A DNA stretch of 64,000 bases from Eledone cirrhosa (lineage: Eukaryota), in assembly GCA_964016885.1 (NCBI GenBank), contig OZ024740.1, positions 387,438,001-387,502,000 of the forward strand, in the 5' to 3' direction. The translations under genes and the position numbers were made by a program. Under the pieces are notes generated by a model that did no database searches, was not told where the DNA came from, and saw only the letters and a program-made list of their open reading frames with translations. Below are positions 52,053-64,000 of the stretch, piece after piece. Numbering within the stretch: position 1 is the stretch's first letter; each line of letters begins with the position of its first letter.

Positions 52053-54146
52053 AAACCACATTCGTGAATTGTTTGACCGTTTTAACGAGACTGCCCACTA
52101 TTATCACATGGTTTTGATTTTCACTTTTATTTCACAAGTCTCAATATTTCCTCCAACTAATAAACATCTTCTAAAATGCAGCCTTAGCCTAAATCTATAA
52201 ACTTTATTTCTATCTCAAGCTACTACAAACTTACCTGCTAGAACAGTTGATGACAAACTTTCCCTTTGCTAAATTATTTATGAATGGCACCAATAAGGAT
52301 AATGCCATAGATTTTCTAGAGGGGCGCAATACTTTTTCTGCAACTTAGAATTTTTGGAAAATAAAACAAAAATGTCCTCACCATAAGCATAATCTACATC
52401 TTCAAAAATGTATCTCTTCAATATTTCATGAAAAAAGGCATATTAAGAAAGTTATGAAGAAGTAAATTCGAAGTAAGAGAGGGTGGATATATATACATTT
52501 AAAAAAAAAAAAATTTTTTTTAAAACACCAACTTTCTGGTTCTCAATGTTTGGTTTTCTCCTGAAACTACAGGTGTTTTCAGCTTAGTCGATTCAATTTT
52601 TTTTTTTTTGCAATCTTTATATATGGGGTGGGGGACCAAACTGTTTTAAGTGCTTAGAGTCTTCGAAGGACTTAATCTGGCCCTGTGTAGTCCTGTAATT
52701 TTCACCTACTAAATTCCCCCTTTTTTACCCTCACTTAGTGATACCTGAGTCTCTGATTGGCTCATCCAATTCGCTTTGACCTGGAAGTGAGGATATAAAG
52801 TTGTTCTTCATAGGAATGTTTCATCCAGTTACCACTTCAGAAAAACAAAAAAAAAAACATGTACCACCAGGAATATAAGAAACGTGTCTATGCCTTTTGC
52901 CATTGTCACCAAAATATTAATACTAAGTTAATAGTTACTTTAGTTTAAAGTAATTTAAAGTTAATTGCACTTTTAGTTACTTAGAACTTGGAAGACCAGC
53001 TTACAGATTCTTGGTAACTAACTGAAAATACAAATTACATAGTAATATAGTTACAGGTATTACCTATTACATTTGCTGATGGGTCTCCATAAACTGAGTC
53101 AGTACTCAATCAGGGCTACTGACTACTTAAATGGACTGGGGCCCAGCCTAGTGTAGGTATCATGTCTTTCACACAACTGCAGAGCCCTCCTAACCCTTTG
53201 TTCGGCAGGTTTTCTATGGCTGGATGCCTTTCCTATCACCAGCCACTTTACAGAGTCTACTGGATGTGTTTATCATATAGATCACCAACACTAGAGAGGT
53301 TGTCATATTTTTCAAACAACTGAGGAATCCTCCCAACCCTTTTAGGGAGGTTGTCATGATATTAGTAAGCTTTTGCCATTAGAATATACATTGTAGAATA
53401 CAGTATGTCTGAATTCTGAAGAACATGTCTTCCTTTAACCTTCCTGTATTTTGTAACATCAAGTATGCATAAATAGCAGTCAGTGGGGATTCTTCAGCTT
53501 ACTCGATATTCTTGGAAGAGCAAAGGACATAGCCCTTCTCGCATCTCTTTAACCATCCTTTTTTAACATCCTTATTACATAAGGTGCTCAGGGCTTCTTC
53601 TAGTTATCAATAAACATTCTAAAGTGTAGTCTCTACACTATTCAGAATTTTGGCACCTTCACAATTTTATATGATATCAGCTTGCTAACAAGCATATCAG
53701 ATTGCATTTGTTGTCACTTTGCCATATTCTAAAAAATTAAGACTCACAATTCAAGAAAACAGTCTGAATTGGAAAAAATATGGTTTTATATATGTAGGCA
53801 GGACCATCTTAATAATATTATATAGGCTAGCAGACAAAGCAGTGCTTTGCGGTACCTGGAAAATTTTTTTTTTTAAAATTTTCTTTACATTAAAAATATT
53901 TTGTGTTTAGTTCCTCATCAGGGCCTAATTTTTAATTGACTTTTAAAACCATTGGATATTACTTTTTATTTAACCATATCTCACGACAAATGTTGGGGAG
54001 GCTAGGGTTTTGGGTTAGGGTTAGAGCATATATATATATATATATAATGTGTGTGCATGTATGCAAAAGGCAAACAGAAATAACAAAGCAAACAACACAG
54101 TACAATGAAGAAATATATTAGATTTACACTTGATAGAGTAGGAAAA

Positions 54147-54182
54147 GTCTTAACGTTTCGGACGTTAGTCCTTCATCAGACA
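54147..54182 (-). ncRNA. Penelope-type minimal hammerhead core
   Basis: Minus strand CTGATGA A GGAC TAAC GTCC GAAA CG TTA AGAC; the 5' strand of stem I appears lost. Confidence 0.55.
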
Positions 54183-54184
54183 TA

Positions 54185-54830
54185 TATATTTATTCAGAGT
54201 TGTATAAATAACATTACAAATCGTTTGCAATTCTTTCAGAATGAAAATATAAACAGAGCATATAAATAAATTTACAGTAGGATAACATAACAAATATGTT
54301 TTAATATATACATAAATAACATTACAAATGCTTAGATAACATTATAAATTGCTCACGATTCTTTCAGAAATATATATTCTTTTAATGTTTCAATATTAAA
54401 GAAAATGTAAAGGAAGGGGTGAACAACCGAGCCAACACCCGAGCAAAAGACAGCAGCACACTCGCAGCGTTGCTTCGGGTGATGGCAAGGCTAATGCGCT
54501 GGAACAACCAAGCACCCTCGCGAGATTCGCCAGTTACCTCTATTAGGTGAGTTGCCAGTGAAGAGAGGAACCTCGGAGTCAGCAGCCCGACTCCCCTAAA
54601 CGTCTCGAAAACCACGTGTAGCTGGCCGACAGATCAAAGTATTTGAGGGTCTTACTCCGCTCGGCTGCGGAAGCTGTGGCTCTCGTCCTAACCGCAGCAT
54701 CCAGGATGTGGGAAAGAGCAAAAGAGTCACTAACAGTGACGTCCCAGACAAGGCACCTGCCTCTCGACCAGGAGCATAGGGTAAGGCCGTCAGGTCTTTT
54801 GCCGTCACTTCTGGACAAGTCAGATGGTTC
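54185..54830 (-). mobile_element. CRE-type LINE 3' fragment with 3'UTR
   Basis: SRSDGKRPDGLTLCSWSRGRCLVWDVTVSDSFA..AERSKTLKY and GESREGAWLFQRISLAITRSNAASV. Confidence 0.8.
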
Positions 54831-55680
54831 TAAGGAATTAGAATGAAGAAATAGGAAGATAGAGGAGAGTGAGCATGACAGAACGAAAACTGTTGAATCA
54901 GGTGTTGGTGTATAAGAAAATTAATTGGTCTTATTTTAAAAGGCAGTGATTGAACACGTCTAGCTGTACATAGAGCGTGTGAGTGAGTATGTTTGTTTGT
55001 TGTTTGTCCGTACAAAGCTAAGAGGATATGTGTGTAAGTGTGTGTTTTGTTGTAAGTACGAAGTGGAGAAGACATCTATGTGTATAAGTTTAAGGTGTGT
55101 GTGTTGTTGATCCATACAGGGATGTGAGGGTAAGTGTAGAGTTGTGTGCATGTTTGTTGATGGTCTTTACAAGCTGTAAGAATGTGTTTCTGACCATAAC
55201 TGAGCCATAGGAAACTAGGAGTGATTGCGCGCATACATGTGTGACCATGAATGAGGTAGGGGTGACAGTGGTTAAGGTTATAGAAGTAAGCGTGAGCATA
55301 TGTGTGCAAGATTAAAGAAATTGGGAAGAGGAGTTGAGTCCATTAGGGCAACTGGGCCAAGGTGGAAAATCAGACACACTCTTTCTATATGTGTGTGTGT
55401 GTGTTGAAACCTTAATACGATTGTTCCTATGTTCTCGAATAGTCACATATCAACATACACTGACCTTTAACCTGTCAGCTAAACTTAGATATCAATCCTT
55501 TGTTTGAGCTAGCATTGTTGTTATTTTGTGTCTCATCTTATTTTTATGAGTCACAAGAACAAGATGGTGTAAGATAGAACAAAGGAGAGACACAAAATAA
55601 CAACAAAAGTAGTCACTGAGTAATTCACAGGATACGTGACGAAAGAGCTTTGATGACAATCAACAACTAAACAATCATCC

Positions 55681-55812
55681 TGTAGTGACCTACATTCCGC
55701 GGGCTCACATACATTCTCTGTGCGTGATTTGGCTCAGTTCAGCCAATCAGCGCCAGTAGAAGAGGATGTATCCCTACGCGCCCCGAGGAAGAAATTCCCC
55801 GCGAAGATTTGA
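55681..55812 (+). mobile_element. 5' part of a related LTR
   Basis: Near-identical to 14695-14826 (tgtagtgacctacattccgcgggctcacatacattctctg...). Confidence 0.7.
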
Positions 55813-58412
55813 AGAATCTCTCTCTTGTACCAGAAACTTTGAGCCAGCAACACGCATAATGTAACAGTGAGATATTGCACCCCTAGCCTCGCCGGCTTAA
55901 CGGCGCAATGGCGAGTCCCTTTTCACCTGGTTGAGATGCTGTCACATGCTAGCAGCTCACAGAGCTTAATCCACTGGATTCAAACAGGCACCGCAACACG
56001 AGAATACTAATTGCAGCTGAACTCAAACAGCTTCGCATCTCGTTGCACGCTGATCGTCCATGACGGCCATCCGTCTTGTTTTTGCCCGACTCGCTGGGAA
56101 AGCAACAAATTGAACTGGACTTGTCAATATTTCAGCCACTTCTGTGGATTCGCCCGAATTATGGAATTTACACTGCAACCCACCTACAGATTAAACTTGC
56201 CTTTTTTTCTTTACAAAGCAACCAGCCATTTTTTCCTGGCTCCACAGCACATTCGACAATACATCTGGGGGCCATCATTTTCTCAATAAATCGAAGTGAA
56301 ACCCAACAAGTGTGTGTGTTTTTTTATTGGCACCATGAACATGGCATTTTATTTCACTCAGCTGCAGAAATGAGCTGCGATGTCACTGGTACCACTTGTT
56401 TGTAATTTTAAGAAAAACCGAATAATGAATAAAACTTTACAGTACCAGAAAAAAGCGGTGTGCGATAATAGAAAATAAAATAGGGGAGAAAAAAATGAGT
56501 GACGAGAGCTAGACACTCGATCACACACCACAAGAAGGGATACTGGAGCATCCCTCTAATATTTTTTAAGGCAACACTGCCGCTAGTTAAAGCAAGCAAT
56601 AACATTATCAATAACCCTAAGCCGCTCCTTCTATCTGCTGCAAGACGAACGGCAATAACCATTTGAGCTGTTCTTAACTTCACCCTGCACAAATTTTATT
56701 TACATAGTGATGTTGGATATATATTTATCAAACCCTCATGCTATCATTTAGAGTCTAAATTTTAGAGAGATAACGAATCAAAACATGCTTATATGAAATA
56801 TATCAGCATTGTTTGTAGAGTAGTGATCAATTCGATGAAATCATAACTGAATATAATTATGCCATATAAATTTCTCTGTAAAAATATGGACAATAGAAAT
56901 TAGAGGCAATAATAGCACTCATAATTTATTATACGAAATTCCTTGAATCAAAGAAATTACATAAACTCCTACTTAAACGAACATCACAACTATTAAATGA
57001 GTTTTATCGCAGTTTTTATTATCTTATCCCGCATAAAACGTAATTGATAATTTAATTGTTTCTTATCAAATAATCTTGTGTGAATATAAAACAAACAGAA
57101 CTGGGTGGATTATAATTTTGTTTACGTTGGGTAGAAAATGATGTACACTCCGATAAAATTGCTCAAAGTTCATTTGATTGTGAAAATATGTTAACAGAAG
57201 ATTCAATTTATCTAGATAAACAGGCCAAAACATTATCAGAAAAAGAATCAAATCGATGACAATTATATTTAATAAATTTGCAGCTTTGTGTAATTTGTGG
57301 TTTATATATTTCATTTCCTATGTAATCAGGGTAAATCACTTACCCTAGGAACCATTACAACATCATCATCATAATGAACACTGTTATTCACTTACTTGTA
57401 CACCCGCAATCACTGGTCACACTGTATCAGGTACACCTATCTTCCTTCGTCTACACTCTACACAACAGTGACTACATCACTGAACAATCTACAAGTGAGT
57501 ACACACACAACAACACCGCCATCCATCCTAGCATTAGACACGGTATATATTTATATATTCTTCCTATAAAATAATTGTATTACGTATTGTCATCGGAGCC
57601 CCTGAGAGAAATTTTGCGAGGTCGTACAAAACTCCTTTAGGGCCCCGGTGGGAACCCCTCTCAAAATTTGAAAGGGAACTGAGTGGTTTCATGGTTTCTT
57701 TGGAGGGTCTCGATGGGAGATCTCCAAATTTCACAGGCCCCCTTCATGGCTCTCTGAACCTCTTAGAAGTCCTATTTGCCAGTTACTATTAAATTGAAAA
57801 CTGAAACTGTAATCATGTAACAAAGGTCGTATGGTCGATTATGCCAAAAAATACGCATAGTTAGTGAAAATATATACTGTAAAACTAATATTAAGCAATA
57901 TCCATAAAATATTTCAATAAAACAATATTAATGCTGTAATTATTACTGATTATCAGGGGCGGTGGGACTGGGGGTGGATGCCTCCCTCCGCCCAATAATT
58001 ATATTTTTCTCCCCTAACTACCAAAACACATCTATTTGTATATGCCCTACAATTTATGTACATGTTATGTAGAGATAGATGGGAGAGATAGATATGGATA
58101 TAGAGAGGGGGATAGTTTGGTGGTAATTGATATAGAGAGGAAGGTTGGGAGAGTGTGTTGTATATTAGATATATATTTCTATTTATTTGCCACCAGGGCA
58201 TCAAAAATTGGGACAAATACAAAGGGGGGAGTTTACATACATTTAAAAAGACGTGTAAAAAACATAACAAATTAAATTTAACAATCGATGTCCTCAATAG
58301 GGAGGGGCGTTGACATGGGTCGCACACACCCCCGAAAAAATGTGCAACCCTCCTCTTCGGGAGCACAAAGAGCGGGTGCTTCCTTCCTCTTCTCATTCTT
58401 CTCCTCTCTCAC

Positions 58413-61400
58413 CTACAGGCTGATATAGAGAGAAGGCCCATTCACTCGGGCCATTCTCGCTACTTTCACCCATCTTTCATAAAACTTGCTGAGGTAGAAC
58501 ACTTCTCTCTCCATTCTGATCCTTCTTCTAAAGTGGTACTTGAAAAAAAAGACCAGTTGTTGGCCGGAGAGAAAGGTGTCTGACCTCAGCCCTTTCAACC
58601 TTGTCCACCATACAACTTCTTTCGCCATGGCTATCACACAGAGGAAAACCGCCTCTCCTTCGTTTTTGAAAGGGGGAGGCGGTTTGATCGTGACAATGTT
58701 CTCGGTGGTCAACCGGATTGGTCCCACCCGCGACAGTAGTCGTTCTACATAGCCCCACAGGTCAGCAACGCCCGGGCAGTGTACGAATGCGTGTGCGACG
58801 GTTTCCTCGTCACGCACGCATCTTGGACATCTTCGAGGGGTCCCTACCCGGGCGCCCGTGTCTGTAGAGCTTGTCCCGAACGGGTAGAGCTCCTCGGTAA
58901 CATTGCCAAGCCAGGGACTTTTGGAAGTTGTCCATCGGTCCCGGGCCAAACGTCCTACCGAACAGACTGGCCAGCTCGTCTTCCTCCATGCCCAGAGCCT
59001 CTCCGAGAGCGTCGTCGCACTTACTGCGCCCCAACCCGCTATAGAATGTTGAGGTTGAGTCTCCACTGATTGCCGGATCCGCTTGCCAGAGGGCCGTGAG
59101 CGCCTGGGCACATTCAATGTGCCAGTCGTCCACTTTTCTCAGTCTTTGCTTGACCCAGGATTGCAGCTCGGTGAGTGAGACGAGTCTCGGAAAGGCTCGC
59201 CTCACAAACAGGGCCCACACCGGCTGACCGGTGAGGAATACCTGGAGGTACCGTAGCCTTAATGCGTGTCTACGCATCGTCAGCCACGGCACCCCCAGCC
59301 CTCCGTTCGAAGGGTGTTGACAGCAGATGGATCTTCTCACCAAAGGAGCCCGCTTCTTCCAAAGAACTCGGAAGAGCGCGCGCTCCATTTTGGCGAGTGT
59401 TTTCTCTGGGCAAAGCACGACGGTCAAGCGGTAGTAGATGACGGACGCTATGTAAGCGTTCGCCACCTTCTCTCGACCTTTCAGGGATAGTTTGCACTCG
59501 GCCCACTTCTGGGCGAGTGCAAAGACCTTGCCCGTTACCTCGTCCCAGTTTTTCTCCACCTGGAGGTCCGGTCCGAACCAGACCCCGAGCAGCTTCACCG
59601 GTCCCTCCGTCCAGCGTCCGACGATGCCGTCGGAGGGCATCGTTTTGCCCCTCCACGTCCCGAGTTGCAAACCGACGGACTTGTCCCGGTTCAGCTTGGC
59701 TCCTGTGAACCTTTCATATTCCTCCAGTAAGGTGCCGATCTGCCCGATTTCCGAGGCGCACGATACCATTACTGTCACGTCATCGGCGTAGGCCGACACC
59801 GCTTTCCGCAATCCCGGTTCCAAGGGGATGCCCTGCAACAGCTCCAGCTTCCGCAGTAGTGGCTCGAGAGCCAGCACATAGAGGAGGGAGGAGAGAGGGC
59901 ATCCCTGTCGGATGGATCGCATGATTTGGAACGGCTCCGAGAGGTAGCCGTTCACCTTGACCCTCGAGCAGGTGTTGCTGCTGTGCATTGCAGCAATCCA
60001 GCCCCTGAAAACGGGTCCGAAGCCTGCCGCCGCGAACACCGTATCCAGGTACCGATGGTCAACCCTATCGAACGCCTTAGATTGATCCAAGTTGATCAGG
60101 GCCCCACCAAAGCCGGGTTCGTTCCCTACCCTCTCTACGATGTATCGCATGGAGGTGGAGGTTGTCGTGTATGGACCTGGACGGGATTGCGCATGTCTGC
60201 GCTTCTCCCACCAGGTTCCCGACGACAAGCGCTAACCTCTTCGCTAACACCTTGGCCAAAATCTTTAACTCTGTGTTTAGCAGAGTTATGGGCCTGAAGT
60301 TATCTATGTCATCCCCCTTGTTCTCGTCCTTCCTCACCAGTGTGACTACGCCCTTGGTCACAGAACTGGGAATTCTCCCGTTCTGTTGCCAGTTGCAGTA
60401 GACCGCCTCGAGGAGACCGGAGAAGAAGCCCGGCATCGCTACATAGAGTTCGTATGGTAGACCATCGAGACCCGGAGATTTGCGTTTGCCGCATTGGCTC
60501 AGCGCTTCCCCTATTTCAGCGGCTGAAATCGGCCTCTCTCAGGACTTCGCCTCCTCGTCCGAGAGCCGCGCCAGACCGTCGAGGTATGGACCGAAATCCA
60601 TGGCCCCACCCGGCCCGCCGCCCCTCCCGAACAGTCGTGCGAAGCGCCGTTGAAAGGCCTCGCTCATCCGCTCAGGTTCAAGGATCACGCGTCCATCCTG
60701 GTCCTTCAAAGACCGAATCGTGGACTTGTTTCCACTTTTTACCTCTGTCACTCGGGCCCAGCTAACAGCTTTGGCGCCCTCGTTACCCAGAGCACGTATT
60801 TTACTCCTGACAACGCAGCCCTCGTGCTTCGCATCAAATAACTGGTCTAGGGCCGTTCTTGACGCCAGCACGCCGGCCATATTGCTACTCCTAATCGCCT
60901 CTTCTACTCTATTTGTTAATTCCCTTTCAGTTCTATTCCTATCTGATGCTAATTCCCGACTAAAACCTATCGATTCTATTCTAATTTCTCTCTTGAGAGA
61001 GCCCCACCACCTGCTGTTGACAATTGCCCCCGTCAAACGCTGCTTAACTAGTGTGCTAATCCGCTTACTGTAAGCTTTGTTTGTCGGTAAAGACAAGTTT
61101 AGCTTCCAGTAACCGGGTCCCTGTCTATGAGTTCTATCAAGGTTGACCACTCCGGTCACCAACTTGTGATCCGAATAGTCAACCATGAACATTTGTGGAC
61201 AGCTTAATATGTCCCTATCCTTATTTCTAACTTGGAACCTATCTAGGTACGACCTAGATGTTCCGCTACGATTAGTCCACGTCCACAGTGGCACAGTCGG
61301 AAAATCTAGTCGATATCTATCGGCCAGATCAAATCAGCCGATTAATCGTTTGAGGCTGTTACACCCCCCTCTATCGGGACATGCCCCTACATAGTCCCAA

Positions 61401-61846
61401 CGTGCATCCAGGATACCATTCCAGTCACACACTAAAAGCAAGGAGCGAGACGTTCCCAGGAAATTCTCCAGGCGTCGGAAGAAGTCCGGTCGCGGTGTCC
61501 CAGATGGGGCATACGTTGCCACCAGCCTGAAAACTCCACCTTCACCACTGCCGACGTCTAAAACCACCAGTCGACCTTCTAGGTCCAGGTGTATCTTCTG
61601 TGTGGCAAGACCCAGGTATTTTCGCAGCAGAACGACAACCCCACCCCCACCCCTCGGCTGACAGAGAGATGCGTAGATCTCAAAGTCGTCGAAGATGGGG
61701 GCCAGTTGGCGCTCGCTGCTGATCCTGGACTCGCAAATAACCATTACATCCACTCTGTGCGACCTGAGGTCATTTAAGAGTTTGCCCTGTTTCCAGGACA
61801 TCCCCAGGCCGCGTGCATTCACACATCCAACTCTTATATTGGCCAT
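58413..61846 (-). pseudogene. Tx1 ORF2 (APE-RT-zf), several frameshifts
   Basis: Fragments 61334-61846, 60539-61294, 60077-60436, 58810-60228 and 58413-59117. Confidence 0.9.
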
Positions 61847-61888
61847 GTTGGTGCTGAAGAGTTAAAAAGGAAGAGGAAAGGAAATTAC

Positions 61889-62613
61889 TTACCTCTTCGT
61901 CTCCTGGGGACCAGGCTGCACAATTTCCATGGGGGTGTTGGAAGGGTTGTTTGGTGGGGTGGTGGTTTGTGGTGGGGGGAGGACATCAGTGTGTGGTGGG
62001 ATTAGGGTGTTTGGTGGGGTGTGGGTGTCTGGTGTGGGGGTGGGGAAACATCTCAATAGGACGTGGTTAAGTGGTTTGGTGCAGTTGGTCCCCACATGCA
62101 TTGGATGGTTCTTTTTCAAAGTTACATAGGTTTCCGTTGGGACCCTAATCATCATTAGGTGCGGTTTGTTCGCTGCGTAGGTGAAAGTGATCCCTTCGGT
62201 TTCCAGCAAAGGGTTATTTTCTATCGCTTTCATTAAAATTTTATTGTTCTTGTTAATGTATGTATAGAGTTTTTGTTGTGTTGTGTTTGTTTTTGTTTGT
62301 TGTTCTTGTGCGTGTTTGCGTTTTGTAGTATGTGTTATGTTTTGGGGAGGGGTGGGTTTTTTTGTTTGTGATGTTTGTTGTGTTTGTGCTGGTGGTTGTG
62401 TTTGTAGCATTTTTGTTAATGTGGTGCCTTTTTCTTTTCCTTTTCACCTGTTGAAAGGGTTCTCCCTCGTCGTCACTGGGTGACGTTGATACGGAGTCCT
62501 CTTCCGTGTTGTTGGGGAGGGGTATATTTTGGGGTTTTGTTGTGGTTGCTTTTGTATTTGTTTTAGGTGGGGAGGGCTTGGGTGGAACAGTGTTTTGTGT
62601 TGTTATTTTTCCG

Positions 62614-62646
<33 letters not shown>

Positions 62647-63679
62647 GTTCGGGGTTGGCAGAAGAGCCTTTTTTTGGACTTGTTAATTGAGGACAGGCAG
62701 CCCTCAGGTGACCCCTGCTTAAGCAGTGGTAACATGACGGCCGCCTTCCCTCCACTGAAATGTTTATATAAGTTAGCCCGTCCAGAGGCACGCGTTGTGG
62801 GATATTCGCTATTCGTTCTGGGCTCATTTGCACCAGAACTTCTACGCTGGTCCCACCAAATACACCCCCGGAGGACTTTCCTATTGAAATTATCTTGTCT
62901 TCATCAAAGTCAATGATTCCACATAGTATCCACCAAATATTTACATTTGGTGTGATACTCATTATTTTTATTCTTTGTGTCTCTTTTCCCCTGTATGTGG
63001 GGAAAAAGGTGAAGCGGGGGGACACAATGGGTGATACCGAGTACTTTTGTGCTGTTGACTGGTTGTTCATTAGCACCGAAATGCTACCAAACAGTTTACC
63101 TTTTTGTATGAAGGTTATGTCCTTCATTGCATCTTTTAGAACCAGCTCAATTTCATTTTGTGATAATTGAGCTGGTTTTCTTGTTTCGTTCGATATTGTC
63201 CTGAAAACCACAGTTTTCAGGACAGCCTCTCTACGTAATTCCTGTGGAGAATTGATGCTAAAAGCACCGTTTTCGCCAAAAGTCACGAATTGTTTTGCGT
63301 CTTGTAATAGTTGCTTAGCATTTGTTATGTCTATTGGCGTGTATAGTTCGTTAATTTTTACAGTCTGTGCGAATGTTGTTTTGGTGTTGTTGCCTTTTTT
63401 GTTGCTGCTGTTGTTGTCACTGTTGGTAATATTGTTCATGTTTTCCTTGGTGTTGCTATTGTTGCAGTTGTTGGTTGTGGTGTTATTGTCATTGTTCTTG
63501 TTGTTGGTGCTGGTATTATTTACCGGGTTTGGTTTCGTGGTTTCAATATTTTCAACGTTTTTCAATAATGTGAGGGGGGGGGGGGAAGGGTGCAAGCTTT
63601 GTACTCCTACCTTCCATCCACCACTTTTCTTAGTGGGCGTGGCACTCACGACAGTGTGCGAGGTGGAAATGGCATCCAT
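61889..63679 (-). pseudogene. Tx1 ORF1 (gag-like, CYHCLSRGHLRAAC knuckle), broken by about two frameshifts in low-complexity tracts
   Basis: Overlapping ORFs 62603-63691, 62253-62735 and 61889-62410; first ATG at 63679. Confidence 0.75.
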
Positions 63680-64000
63680 TGCTGATACCAAGTCTACACA
63701 GTTTTGAGATTAAAATGAAAATTTCGCCCCAGAAAGGGGCGAAAATTAGTTGACTCAACGTCTGACGGCCCAGGCAAGGGGTTAAACTAAACAATGCTAT
63801 TAAATTGAGCAATGAACTCACAGTTTTTTTGACAATAATCCGTAAAAATCCGGAGCGAAGTAATTCACGTCTATATCAAGTGGTAATTGATATAGAGAGG
63901 GGGGTTGGAAGAGAGTTCTATGTAGTAGATATAGAGAGGGGGAGCGTTTGGTGTTAATTGATATATAGAGGGGGATTAAGAAAAAGTCTTATATGGTTGA

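Larger units (their letters stand above)
58170..63875 (-). mobile_element. Near full-length Tx1/L1-clade non-LTR retrotransposon
   Basis: ORF1 with CCHC knuckle; ORF2 with APE (CVNARGL, YAP, DWN, SYLDRF, SDH, WKLN), RT (FRPITLLN, DQSKAFDRV, RQGCPLS, AYADD) and C-terminal CPRC..ETVAHAFVHC; AATAAA near the 3' end. Confidence 0.93.

Noticed and set aside
53885-53925. CTGATGAG on the minus strand as another hammerhead
   Set aside because: No closing stem II or GAAA at the right distance.
54001-54025. Interstitial telomere (TTAGGG-like)
   Set aside because: Only three to four degenerate units; a common low-complexity motif.
58528-61777. Numerous alternative-frame and plus-strand ORFs
   Set aside because: Overlap the GC-rich Tx1 ORF2; shadow frames.

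Overview
AT-rich, repeat-dense eukaryotic DNA. The repeat content (tRNA-derived SINEs, RTE LINEs with (GAT)n tails, TA/CA microsatellites) looks like an octopus or other cephalopod genome; this is an inference. The only host gene I can support is on the minus strand: three small coding exons (38124-38190, 16668-16744, 2332-2456) that splice in frame into a peptide resembling the N-terminus of sterol O-acyltransferase 1 (SOAT1). The gene probably continues off the left edge. Its 21 kb and 14 kb introns and upstream region are packed with mobile DNA: two copies of a CR1/L2-group LINE (one apparently full length, with a PHD-type ORF1), a near full-length Tx1/L1-clade LINE (~58170-63875, minus), RTE and CRE-type fragments, LTR remnants, piggyBac-type and other MITEs, many SINEs, and a nested TIR/minisatellite composite. 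The most interesting signals: (i) a 39-nt GT-AG micro-intron-like segment that would remove the Tx1 ORF1 stop codon and fuse ORF1 in frame to ORF2; (ii) a canonical G GGA AAC -1 slippery site just before the CR1 ORF1 stop, with an ATG-less ORF2 in the -1 frame; (iii) several Penelope-type minimal hammerhead ribozyme motifs, including a near-perfect 377-bp palindrome carrying one hammerhead on each strand.
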